This document shows positions 18,735-27,658 of a stretch of 62,122 nucleotides of DNA, piece by piece. The stretch is taken from positions 1 to 62,122 of IMG/VR virus record IMGVR_UViG_3300031152_000001; one strand, given 5' to 3'. Made by a program: the position numbers and the translations under genes. How positions within the stretch are numbered: position 1 is the stretch's first letter; every line of letters starts with the position of its first letter. Under the pieces are notes generated by a model that was not told the origin of the DNA, made no database searches, and saw only the letters and a program-made list of their open reading frames with translations. The DNA is from a virus. Taxonomy: Duplodnaviria > Caudoviricetes.

Positions 18735-20296
18735 TCACCAACCGGTACCTGTCCAGCGTTCGCTGCGATCTGTGCCGCCTCCGCGTCTAGCGCGTCAGCC
18801 TGCTCCTGCTGCGCGACTGCCAGCATCCCGGCCGGGAACTTGTAACCCAGCCGCTCATCGAGGTAGGCCACGGCCCACTCCCTGCTGGCGATGCCCGCGT
18901 CCACGAGCGCGGTGACCTCGGCGAGGATCGCGGTGCGGTCCGGCGGCAGCGGGTCACCGAAGATCACCGACGGCTGCAGCGGCAGCGCCTGCCAGCCCTC
19001 GTAGACTGGGAACCACATCGTCATGAGGTCGAAGAGGAGTTGCGACCACTTGCTGGACATCTCCTCCTCGCGCTCCGCGTTCGCTGCCAGCACCGGCATG
19101 AACTGGATCCGCATCGCGACGCCGGAGAGCGTCACTGAGGTGTCCACCGCGCCGGAAGCGATTGCGGGCGCGCCATTCGAGCCACGAGCCGAGTTGGTGA
19201 GATACCCCAGGTGGTCCTGGTACGGCTGCACCGAGGTCGCGCCCGGCACCCGGCCGAATGCGCCATCCGGCTCCAGCTCCGCGATCGAGCCCGGACCGAC
19301 CACCCAGGGCACCTCTTCACCCTTGCCGTTCCGGGCCTTGCCGGAGGTGGTCCAGTACACACCGATGCCGTCCATAGCAACGGTTAGGTCTTCATCGGTG
19401 ATGTTCTGGATCACGCCAGCAAAGAGTGATTCCAAGCCCTGGATCTCGGAGGTGCCGAACCTACCCGACCGACCTCCACGCCGCCGGTTGCGGATGTGGT
19501 AGACCGGAATGGTGGTGATGGACGGGTGCAGCGCGAATCCGGTGAACGGATCCGGCGCTCCCTCGGCGACCACGGCCCAGGAAGGGATCTGGACCGGTGC
19601 GATGTCGCTCTCTTCGAGGTTGCGCGCGTCCCAACCGTCCGTCTCGAAGAATCCCAGCCGGTAGAACACCGAACCGACCGGCACACCTAGCTCTGCTGCC
19701 TGCTCCTCGTTGAGTACCTTGTGGTACTCGATGCGCTGGACAATCTCCTCATCCGCATCGTCGAGGACCACAGAAACCAGGTAGCATCCCAGTCGCCGCT
19801 CGCTATCGGCAGGATCCCAGATCGGGAAGTACTGCTCTGGTTCGACTTCGCTGAGACGAACACGGGAGCCTTCCTCTTTGCCGGGGTCCGCGGTCAGGTG
19901 CAGCAGCGAGTCGCCCTTCACCAGGCCCCAGCGCTTGGACGACAGGAACTTGATGCCGACCTCTTCGCGCGCCCAGAAGCTCGCCAGCCGTCCACGCCAC
20001 TCCAGGATCTGCTCATCAGGGACGGTGTTGCCCGGGACCGGCGTCCACACCGTCTCCATGTCCTGCCCGAGGTACCGGTTGACGGCCTCGATGATCTCAC
20101 GAACCACGGGCACGTACCGCCGCGCCAGCGGGTCATCGCTGGCCCGAAGGAGTGCAGCGAATGCCTCGGGGACGTTGTTCCAGATGTCCTCGTACGTGCC
20201 GTACGCCCGGACGCGCGCCTGGTCTTCCAGATCGGTCACGTAGGCAGGCGTGGGACGGTTGAGCGTTGCCGCAGTCGCGTATGGGCTAACAGCCAT
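18731..20296 (-). CDS. Portal protein
   Basis: 521 aa after terminase; IPVYH...FGTSE and SGVAMR motifs. Confidence 0.88.
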   Translation of the reverse strand: MAVSPYATAATLNRPTPAYVTDLEDQARVRAYGTYEDIWNNVPEAFAALLRASDDPLARRYVPVVREIIEAVNRYLGQDMETVWTPVPGNTVPDEQILEWRGRLASFWAREEVGIKFLSSKRWGLVKGDSLLHLTADPGKEEGSRVRLSEVEPEQYFPIWDPADSERRLGCYLVSVVLDDADEEIVQRIEYHKVLNEEQAAELGVPVGSVFYRLGFFETDGWDARNLEESDIAPVQIPSWAVVAEGAPDPFTGFALHPSITTIPVYHIRNRRRGGRSGRFGTSEIQGLESLFAGVIQNITDEDLTVAMDGIGVYWTTSGKARNGKGEEVPWVVGPGSIAELEPDGAFGRVPGATSVQPYQDHLGYLTNSARGSNGAPAIASGAVDTSVTLSGVAMRIQFMPVLAANAEREEEMSSKWSQLLFDLMTMWFPVYEGWQALPLQPSVIFGDPLPPDRTAILAEVTALVDAGIASREWAVAYLDERLGYKFPAGMLAVAQQEQADALDAEAAQIAANAGQVPVGE

Positions 20297-20298
20297 TG

Positions 20299-21810
20299 CT
20301 ATCTCCTGGTCTCTACTTGGGACTGCCTTGCCGCAGAGCTGCGGTAGGGCCGTCCGAATAGCCCAACCATCAACCGCCCCAACGCTTCTGGCGTGTGGTC
20401 ATCCTTCTTCTCAGGCAACTCCGGCGCGTTGCGGCCCTTCTCGGCCGCTACCGCCGCAGTCTCCTTGTACTTGTACTGCGAGTGCTCCCGGATGAAGTTG
20501 GCGCACTTCCTGTTGACTGTCAACCCATATCCGTCCCCATAGGGTAGCGGCTTCAGGAACCTGCGGATCCACTCCAGACGATCGTTGATGGCGCCACCGG
20601 TTCCCCTGCCCGCCTTGAGTTGTAGCTTCTCGCTTAGCTCACGAGTGCGGTCCGGCTCGGCCGGATCCGGGAAGAACTCCCGCATCGTAGACGGCCGCAG
20701 CCCGCGGGCCTGGATCTCAGCCGCTGCCTCGCCGGTAGTCTTCCCAGTCTCGTAGTACTCATCCAGGATATGGACGCGCTCCCGGAACGGATCCACCTGT
20801 ACTACAAGCCAGACGAATGGGTTGGTAAACCCATAGTCCGCGCAGGCGTAGGTCGCCCAGTTCGGGTTGAACTTCTGATCGTTGACGTGCAGCTCTTCAT
20901 CGAAGTCCTTGAACACCCGTCCGGCGAACTCGGTGAACAGTGCCTCGATCTCCTGGTTGAAGAGCTCAGTGCTCTGGTCCAGGAACAGGCTCCAGATCTC
21001 AGGATCGATCCCGGCCGGGCTCTTGGGAAGGTCCCGATCGTTAGTCTGGAACGGGAACCGCGTCATCCAGTCCTTCAGCATCCCGTTCCGCCGCGCTGCC
21101 TTCGCGGAGTTCAGCAGGCGCTGGTTCACTCCACCCGGGTAGACGTACGGATTGACCCAGGCCGGAGCGCGCCAAGACCTCCAGTCGGTCCGGTCCGGAT
21201 CCTGCCCCACCGCCCAAAGGTCATAGAACCAGTTGCGCCCCTCAGGTGTAGAGCCGAAGTAGGTCCAGCCGCCAAAGTCTGCGAGCGTGGGTCGTAGGTA
21301 CTTCAGCCACACACTCGGCTTGAGCTTTGCTGCCTCCGAGAACACAACCCCGCTGAGACCTTCTCCAACCAGCGTCTGCGGGTACTGCGCCGACTTCGCA
21401 TGGACAACAAACCGGCCGTCCAGGGCCTGGATCCGCATCTGGCCTGACTCCGGATTGTTGTAGCTCCCAGGATGGTCAAGTTTCACCCCCAATCGGTCCA
21501 AGGTGTTCCACACCACGCGGAACTCCTTCTCGGAGTCGCTGTAGGTCGGCCCCACGATCCAGAACTCACGCCGGAGCCCCTTGCGCTTCAGCTCCTCAGC
21601 CTCAAAGAGCGCGCGGAAGTACTCAGGCACCAACTTGTTGCCGCCGGTCTGAGACTTCCCGGCGCGCCGACCGAACGACACCACCTGGTTTCGACTGCGA
21701 TCATGCAGGATCTCCAGCTGCGCCGCGTGCGGCGTCCACAGCGTCTCCTGCCAGATGGTCTTGTACAGCTTCTTGGACGGCGCTGGCGTATTGAGGAGGA
21801 GAGTGCTCAC
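20299..21810 (-). CDS. terL: Terminase large subunit
   Basis: GRRAGKS Walker A, VVFSEAA Walker B variant, STPEG, DYGFTNP, DDH. Confidence 0.93.
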   Translation of the reverse strand: MSTLLLNTPAPSKKLYKTIWQETLWTPHAAQLEILHDRSRNQVVSFGRRAGKSQTGGNKLVPEYFRALFEAEELKRKGLRREFWIVGPTYSDSEKEFRVVWNTLDRLGVKLDHPGSYNNPESGQMRIQALDGRFVVHAKSAQYPQTLVGEGLSGVVFSEAAKLKPSVWLKYLRPTLADFGGWTYFGSTPEGRNWFYDLWAVGQDPDRTDWRSWRAPAWVNPYVYPGGVNQRLLNSAKAARRNGMLKDWMTRFPFQTNDRDLPKSPAGIDPEIWSLFLDQSTELFNQEIEALFTEFAGRVFKDFDEELHVNDQKFNPNWATYACADYGFTNPFVWLVVQVDPFRERVHILDEYYETGKTTGEAAAEIQARGLRPSTMREFFPDPAEPDRTRELSEKLQLKAGRGTGGAINDRLEWIRRFLKPLPYGDGYGLTVNRKCANFIREHSQYKYKETAAVAAEKGRNAPELPEKKDDHTPEALGRLMVGLFGRPYRSSAARQSQVETRR

Positions 21811-22088
21811 TGCTCCTCCAGCATCTGCTTGGCGACCTTCATCAGGCCCCAGATCCGATGCTTAGGAATCCCTCCCAGTATCAGCAATGCGTACTGCGTG
21901 TCTCCGGCGCTGGTGGCATCGAGATCGGTGATCTCCACGATTCCAAAGAAGTCTCCCATGACCGCATTCTCACCGATCATGTTGCTGTTCTTGAGGAAGT
22001 CCCCTACTGCCCGGCCGAACTCCTCATCAACCGCTGGCATCACGGCATCATCCGCGCCTGGTGCTGCTGCGTCGATCCCACGACCCAC
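21807..22088 (-). CDS. Hypothetical protein
   Basis: 93 aa overlapping terL start. Confidence 0.55.
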   Translation of the reverse strand: MGRGIDAAAPGADDAVMPAVDEEFGRAVGDFLKNSNMIGENAVMGDFFGIVEITDLDATSAGDTQYALLILGGIPKHRIWGLMKVAKQMLEEQ

Positions 22089-23020
22089 TCAGCCTGCAGC
22101 GAGGAGGACGGAGGTGCCACCAGATCCATCGTCATGTTCCGGCGCGGCTCCACGCCCGAGTCGGCTGGCACCCGGAAGCCGCCCCAGGTGGTGGGCGCGC
22201 TGCCGGAGCCGACCCACAGCCGGAACTCCGCGTAGTTTTGCCCAGCGACCTTGTTGAAACCGGGGCGCGTCAGATCGGCCGCACCGAAATGCGCATCGTC
22301 CGTCTGGAAGATCTGCGTCGGGTAGTGCGATCCGGCGCTGGCCCAACGTGTGGGATCGTCCACCGAGACAGAGTCCAGCGTGTACTGCGTTCCGGTCCAC
22401 TTCATGAAGCCGATCCACGCGTGCTGCGCGCCGACCGCGGCAGCGCCACAGTCAGTGTGCGCCGTGAGAACGGTCTCGGTCTTGATCGCCTTGAAGTGCG
22501 TCAGGTAGAGCTTGCCGGTCAGCATCGGCACCGGCGCGTTGACCTCGCCGCGAGGCAGCACGAGTTCGCCGGTCACCAGGTTCCGCTGCTCCTGTCGCAG
22601 GGCCTCCAGAGCCAGCACCAGATCCGCATCCGAGACGTCCGCCGGATGCGTGTGACCCGTCAGCGCGAAGTCGTTGCCCGCGCTGGGCGTGTAGTCGGTG
22701 ATGATCAGGTCCCCGAGGTTGACGTCATCCGGATCCTCGATCGACGGCCGGATCCCGTAGTAATTCCAGACCGAGCCGTTGCGGATGCGCAACTCCCAGG
22801 TCCAGTCGACCGGTCCCCACCCGGGCGCGTCCACGAAGTAGAGCGGCAACTCCACAACGCCATCCACCACGGCGTAGGTCTTGGTGCTGGGCGCAATCGC
22901 CGTTCCGTCGGTGTGCTTCAGGAGCACCGGCATCTTGAGCCAGATGGTGCCGTCGTACAGCTCACCAGTCTCCGAGTCGTACAGCGTCCCGGTAACCGTG
23001 ACCTCTGGTAGCGTCGCCAT
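22040..23020 (-). CDS. Tail-fibre/minor-tail-like structural protein
   Basis: N-terminal VTVTGT...GTIW...DG..WTW adaptor-like domain and HTH(P) repeat as seen in fibres. Confidence 0.5.
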   Translation of the reverse strand: MATLPEVTVTGTLYDSETGELYDGTIWLKMPVLLKHTDGTAIAPSTKTYAVVDGVVELPLYFVDAPGWGPVDWTWELRIRNGSVWNYYGIRPSIEDPDDVNLGDLIITDYTPSAGNDFALTGHTHPADVSDADLVLALEALRQEQRNLVTGELVLPRGEVNAPVPMLTGKLYLTHFKAIKTETVLTAHTDCGAAAVGAQHAWIGFMKWTGTQYTLDSVSVDDPTRWASAGSHYPTQIFQTDDAHFGAADLTRPGFNKVAGQNYAEFRLWVGSGSAPTTWGGFRVPADSGVEPRRNMTMDLVAPPSSSLQAEWVVGSTQQHQARMMP

Positions 23021-23637
23021 CAGCCTGTCTCCTCTTCATCGGCATCCTGATCTTCGGTGAAGAGCTTAGCCAGGACGTTCTTGTACCCAGGCAGCTTGAC
23101 CTCAACGTCCATGCCGCCCTTGATCCCAACTCGATCCAGGACGGAGTTTGCAGCTGCTAGCCGGGTCTTGTGCTCAATCAAGGCATTCACCTCATCCTTG
23201 GTCCCGGTCAGGCCGATCAGCCGCAGCGCCACAATCTCAGAGGCGTTGTCCAGAGCACGCTGCGCAGCCGCCTTGACTACAGGTACCAATCCGCCGTGTG
23301 CCTGGCAGACGACTGCCCCCTTCATGGGGTTCGCCAGGCATGGCCGCCGGAGCTTGACCCAGTGCCGATCCACGATGTACATGCCGGAGCTATCACGGAC
23401 GTACGCGGTTCCGTTGCACTGCCTGGTGCCCGGTCTCTTGAAGCTCATGAAGAAGTCGGTGTTGAGCTCATCCGCGTCAGCAGCCCACTGGTACTGGACG
23501 TCATAAATGAAGTCCGGCGGTCGCTGGCTCTGGTCCGGTTCGTGCAGCTCTCCATCTTCCAAAACAATCTCAATCCAGGCCTGATCCGGATGCGTATTAC
23601 CGCCTGTGGCGACTTTGCCTTTCTTCAGGGCTGCCAT
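23020..23637 (-). CDS. Terminase small subunit (probable)
   Basis: C...C...VCQAHGG motif then helical RLAAANSVLDRVG; upstream of terL. Confidence 0.7.
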   Translation of the reverse strand: MAALKKGKVATGGNTHPDQAWIEIVLEDGELHEPDQSQRPPDFIYDVQYQWAADADELNTDFFMSFKRPGTRQCNGTAYVRDSSGMYIVDRHWVKLRRPCLANPMKGAVVCQAHGGLVPVVKAAAQRALDNASEIVALRLIGLTGTKDEVNALIEHKTRLAAANSVLDRVGIKGGMDVEVKLPGYKNVLAKLFTEDQDADEEETG

Positions 23638-23651
23638 CGGGTGTTTCCGTT

Positions 23652-23906
23652 CTATGCGCCGGAATGGATTTCCCTGATCCTATCGGCTATCCAAGCTTTC
23701 ATCTCATCCAGAGCCCGAACGTCGTCATATGGCCCGGATTTGTTGATGATCTCTTGGATGTGGAAGGCCATCTTCCCATACGCAGCAGCAGCTCCGGATA
23801 CCTCGGCGTTGTGGTAGTCATCCGACACCTGGACTTCACGGGTGACCCGGGTGATCACCTCGCCTAAGGTGACGATGCCTTCAGTCTCTACGCCTAGCGC
23901 TTCCAT
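23652..23906 (-). CDS. Hypothetical protein, probably leaderless
   Basis: MEALGVETEG...; TACGAT 6 nt upstream of ATG. Confidence 0.5.
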   Translation of the reverse strand: MEALGVETEGIVTLGEVITRVTREVQVSDDYHNAEVSGAAAAYGKMAFHIQEIINKSGPYDDVRALDEMKAWIADRIREIHSGA

Positions 23907-23939
23907 ATGCCGATCGTACCTACTGTCAGGGACACGGAC

Positions 23940-24130
23940 CCCGGAGCACGCAGCGGATAGCGTGAGGGTCGTCTGGGCGGATGTGGGGATCCGACCCAGA
24001 CGACCCACGCGGCGAAGAGAGGAGGCTCTTCAAGAGGTTGCGGTTGCGGACGCGGAACCCCATGGCTGCTCATCGAGCTTACCCGAGACGGACGATGGGG
24101 CAGCTCTGCCGGGAGCTACCCCATCCCATC
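23940..24130. ncRNA. Candidate structured RNA with SD/anti-SD loop
   Basis: Long hairpin 23960-24010; GAAGAG-AGGAGG-CTCTTC at 24014-24031; GATGGGG/CCCCATC hairpin. Confidence 0.35.
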
Positions 24131-24175
24131 CCAATCTCCAGCCGCCCACGAATGGTGGCTCCCCCGGCCGTGATC

Positions 24176-24715
24176 CTACCGGATCGCTGCCAAGACTTCC
24201 TGCTTGTCGACCCTGGCGCCGGTAATCAGCACCTCATCCAGCAGCCGCTTGCGGACCACGCTGAGCGCACGAGCCTCTGCGAGGCGTTGGAACCGCGCGA
24301 CCTCTGCCCGAAGTGCGTTGAGGATCGCAGCGCCGCGTGCTGCCTCTTTCTCCTTCACGCCGCGTCCGGCGTGGGCGCTCGCTGCGAGGGCCTGCACCAG
24401 GATCTCGTCCAGCGTCAGCTCCTCGCCGAACGATTGGACGAATGCGAACGGCTCGGAGTCCGCCGCCAGCGCGATCCGCTGTGCCCGCTTGGGCATCGCG
24501 TTCTTGATGGCGTTCTCGGCCCACCAGTCGAGCGACGTCTCATCGACCCAACCACACTTGTTGCAGCACTCGACATACCGCACCAACCGACCATCGGCAA
24601 GCCTCCGACTGATCATGTAGTGCTCGATGCCCATGCCGGTGCACGCATCCAGGTTCAGGATGACGGCCTTGCTCTCCACCGTCCGTACCGGCTGGGGCTC
24701 CGCGTCCGCCGTCAT
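24176..24715 (-). CDS. Hypothetical protein
   Basis: 179 aa, C..H...CCNKCG possible Zn site. Confidence 0.6.
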   Translation of the reverse strand: MTADAEPQPVRTVESKAVILNLDACTGMGIEHYMISRRLADGRLVRYVECCNKCGWVDETSLDWWAENAIKNAMPKRAQRIALAADSEPFAFVQSFGEELTLDEILVQALAASAHAGRGVKEKEAARGAAILNALRAEVARFQRLAEARALSVVRKRLLDEVLITGARVDKQEVLAAIR

Positions 24716-24888
24716 GAGCCCTGCACCTCCAGGAACCAGTCGTTGCCCTCCTTGTCGGTGTAGGCGATGACGTTCTCTTGGTCGTCCACGAGCTGCGGAC
24801 CGTCCTCGATGCCGAGCCGGTGTCGAAGCGTGTTGTTGGTGCGGAGGTCTTCCAAGAGTTCCTTGGCGACCTCGGGAGCGGTCTGCAT
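24712..24888 (-). CDS. Small acidic hypothetical protein (58 aa, below ORF-track cutoff)
   Basis: MQTAPEVAKELLEDL...WFLEVQGS; ATGA overlap. Confidence 0.6.
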   Translation of the reverse strand: MQTAPEVAKELLEDLRTNNTLRHRLGIEDGPQLVDDQENVIAYTDKEGNDWFLEVQGS

Positions 24889-24891
24889 CTG

Positions 24892-25065
24892 CTACCTCTT
24901 CCTTGAGCCCTTGCGGGCCATCCGAGAGCGCGCTGCGTGCGACTTCCCCGCGTTGGAGATCCGCGCAGCTTTCTCCTTGCTCATCCCCTGCCGCCGCAGC
25001 GCCCTGTAGACGTTCTGCCGCGACTTGATGACGTAGCCGAACTTGCCACCTCGATCGCTGACCAT
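24892..25065 (-). CDS. Small basic protein, YxALRxxGMSKEKAARISNA (DUF7218-like)
   Basis: 57 aa manual translation; TAGAAT 6 nt upstream of ATG (leaderless). Confidence 0.65.
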   Translation of the reverse strand: MVSDRGGKFGYVIKSRQNVYRALRRQGMSKEKAARISNAGKSHAARSRMARKGSRKR

Positions 25066-25354
25066 GCGACGATTCTAGAACAGGTACAGGAGACGCACCG
25101 TTGCAGCAATCTGTCGGCCGATGATCCCAGGTTCTCGGCTCGGCGGATTGTCCGCAGAGTACGCCTCCTGTGCCCGTCGCAGGCCATCCATCCCGTCCTG
25201 GGTCGAACGGATGGCCTCCCGGATGGCGGCCGGGAGAATTGAGGGTTACGTAATGGCTTCGGCGCGGCTAGCCGATTGCCCGTAGTGCAAGATACGGGAT
25301 TACGGTTCTGCTTCGGCCTCCGCAGTACGGATACCAACCCACAAGCTACCGACG

Positions 25355-25555
25355 TCAAATAAAGATCGACAACACGGCCGGACTCAGCATGCCGATCAGC
25401 ATGCCGCAGACGCTCAGCGGCAGGAGGATGTCCTTGAACTCACGCTTCGGCACGACGGCGCTCCGATCGGTAGGGCTCACGTTCGGTCTGGTCTGCGGTG
25501 CACCAGTATCGACCCAGAGTGTCGGACTTGTGGAAGTGCGGAATGTGATCGTCAC
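25355..25555 (-). CDS. Small membrane protein
   Basis: 66 aa with C-terminal TM. Confidence 0.45.
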   Translation of the reverse strand: MTITFRTSTSPTLWVDTGAPQTRPNVSPTDRSAVVPKREFKDILLPLSVCGMLIGMLSPAVLSIFI

Positions 25556-25600
25556 GATTGGCGCACAACCCGCGCGGACGCCAGATCTCCGAACGGATCA

Positions 25601-25792
25601 TCAGAAGGCTGCCGCGTTGGTGCGGAGACCGGACACGATGCCGTCTGCGAGGTCCCGGAACAGCGAGTGCCACCAGCGCACCGGCTGCCGGATCAGGACC
25701 GGACGGTGCTTGGCCCGGTGCGCGTTGCGCGCGGCGTAGCCGACCGGAAGCAGGCGCTTGGGGTTAAACGGGCCGAGTGTCGAGTAAGTCAT
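25601..25792 (-). CDS. Hypothetical protein
   Basis: Preceded by SAS CGAAGGGACC. Confidence 0.55.
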   Translation of the reverse strand: MTYSTLGPFNPKRLLPVGYAARNAHRAKHRPVLIRQPVRWWHSLFRDLADGIVSGLRTNAAAF

Positions 25793-25873
25793 TGTAGGTC
25801 CCTTCGGGTGAGGAGTGGAACCCGCTACCAGCAGGCTCCACTCCCGAACTATCCCTCTGTTGCGAAACTGCCG

Positions 25874-26869
25874 CTAGTTCGCCACGAACTTGTTGCGGCG
25901 ACGCCGGGTTGCCACGACGGCGAACACTCCGCCGATCAGGGCCGCACTGCCCACGGTGACGATGGTCGCCGTCACCGGTCCGGTGACGGGCAGACCGCCG
26001 GACGCGCCGGAGTCTACGCCGGTCCCGACCGGGGGATTGCTGCTGTGCGAGGCGCTGGGGGTCGGCTTGTTCGGGTTGCCCTCGCAGCCGATACCGACCA
26101 CGCCACCGTCGTCCAGACCCCAGGGATCGTTGCCCTTGGTGGCCAGCGTCACGCGGTACTTGATGACGGGGCAATTCGGCCCGTTGGCTTCGTCACCGAA
26201 TCGGTCACACAGCGTCAGCTTGGTGCCGGTGTAGACGTAGGCGTCGCACTTCTGCTTCGGCTTGGTCGTCGGACTGCTGCTGCTCGTACTGGGGCTGGCG
26301 ACCGGCTTGCACGACAGCGCATGCGTGTGACCGTGGAAGCTGATCGACTTCACCAGCGTGCTACCCGACTCGGTCCAGTAGCCGACGCCGAACGTCACGA
26401 CCTTGGTCGCACCGGTGTACGTCTTGCCGGGGAGCGCCACGACGTCCGCATCGGTCAGGTCGATCACGTGCGCGACCGGAGCCGACTGCGAGCCCTTGCC
26501 CGCGGGCACCTTGCTGGACCAGAACTTGCCGTCCGGCGTCTGCACGATCGTGGAGTACGGCGCGGTGGTCTCCATCTTGAAGACCACCTTGTCCGCGGTA
26601 CCGACAGCCACGAAGGAACCGGCCTTGACGTCGGCCAGATCCTGCGGCGTGACGGAGCGGTGGATCAGGTCCTTGCCCTCGAACAGGAAGCCGTCCGCCT
26701 TCTGCGTCGGCACGTCGTCGCCCTCATCCGGGTTGGTGTACCAGCCGGAGGCGTTGGGGCACTTCTCGGAGTTCTTCACGGCGTGCGCGTCTGTCTCGGT
26801 GGCGTACGCCGGGGCACCCATCAGCGCGAGACCCAGCCCGGCCGCAACTGCCAGTAGCAATCTCTTCAT
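25874..26869 (-). CDS. Secreted, sortase-anchored (LPVTG) surface protein
   Basis: Signal peptide MKRLLLAVAAG...AYA; Pro/Ser/Thr linkers; LPVTG + TM + RRRR. Confidence 0.8.
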   Translation of the reverse strand: MKRLLLAVAAGLGLALMGAPAYATETDAHAVKNSEKCPNASGWYTNPDEGDDVPTQKADGFLFEGKDLIHRSVTPQDLADVKAGSFVAVGTADKVVFKMETTAPYSTIVQTPDGKFWSSKVPAGKGSQSAPVAHVIDLTDADVVALPGKTYTGATKVVTFGVGYWTESGSTLVKSISFHGHTHALSCKPVASPSTSSSSPTTKPKQKCDAYVYTGTKLTLCDRFGDEANGPNCPVIKYRVTLATKGNDPWGLDDGGVVGIGCEGNPNKPTPSASHSSNPPVGTGVDSGASGGLPVTGPVTATIVTVGSAALIGGVFAVVATRRRRNKFVAN

Positions 26870-26896
26870 CGTTCTCCTCTTGTTGGATATGACTAA

Positions 26897-26927
26897 GGGG
26901 CAGCGCCCCTCGCCAGACCGCTGCCCC
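26897..26927. terminator. Hairpin upstream of the LPVTG gene
   Basis: GGGGCAGCG/CGCTGCCCC. Confidence 0.45.
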
Positions 26928-27112
26928 CTGTCCATCGTCTCTCCGATGCGTACGACTGGTTTCGACCCTAGCCGTTTGGTCACCAGCAGGGACTGCGCTC
27001 ACGCCCGACCTCTTGGAAAGGCCGGTCCCTCGCAAGCCGTGTGCCGACTGGATTTCTGACCCGCTGTCACCAAGCTATCGCCGGAGGCTGATGCAAGGCT
27101 CCAACAGCGTCG

Positions 27113-27203
27113 TGGGGCGGGCTGGAATCGAACCAACGCCGCGCAGGTCCCGAATGTCCGTACACATCCGATTGCTGCCGCTCTACCTCTGAGCTACCTC
27201 CCC
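27113..27203 (-). ncRNA. tRNA-like RNA with non-canonical extended anticodon arm
   Basis: GGGGAGG-TA-GCTC AGAGGTA GAGC...GTTGG TTCGATT CCAGC-CCGCCCC-A; no 7-nt anticodon loop. Confidence 0.7.
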
Positions 27204-27629
27204 AGCGCCCGGAGCCCTGCCGCGAAACAAGGCACCAGACTTCCCAGATGAGATGATCGGTCTCTCCGCGACGGTGCTACGGGGGTCGATTACACCGCAC
27301 AGGACGCTGGGCGCGCCCAAGCTATTTAGTTGGAAGCCGGGCGGCTGCGGAACCGAATACCGCCCGGCCTTGGCCCGCATCGCGTAACGAACCGTACAGG
27401 TGCGGGGCTCTGCCTCCCGCTCCCAGGCTAGCAATGCGGCCACATCACTTCCTGTCCTGCCACGAAGGTACTTTTCACAGCCCGGGTCACGTGCCCCTGC
27501 CTGCTCAGCGCCCCAACATAGCGCTCTGCCCCGTGACCGGCAGCCGACACCACATCCACCCGTCCGTGGTCCAGACCGGGCCAACTTCCGCAGCGCCCTT
27601 AAGCAACTGCCTCCGTCGAACCGTCGATC

Positions 27630-27658
27630 AGCGTACCGGACGCGCGCCTGCCTCGCTA
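27630..27658 (-). promoter_or_regulatory. TAGCGA-class promoter driving non-coding region
   Basis: TAGCGA-N17-TACGCT; TAG is the upstream stop codon. Confidence 0.55.

Noticed and set aside
26940-27060. Known riboswitch upstream of the LPVTG gene
   Set aside because: Structured, but I could not match it to a c-di-AMP, c-di-GMP or other consensus by eye
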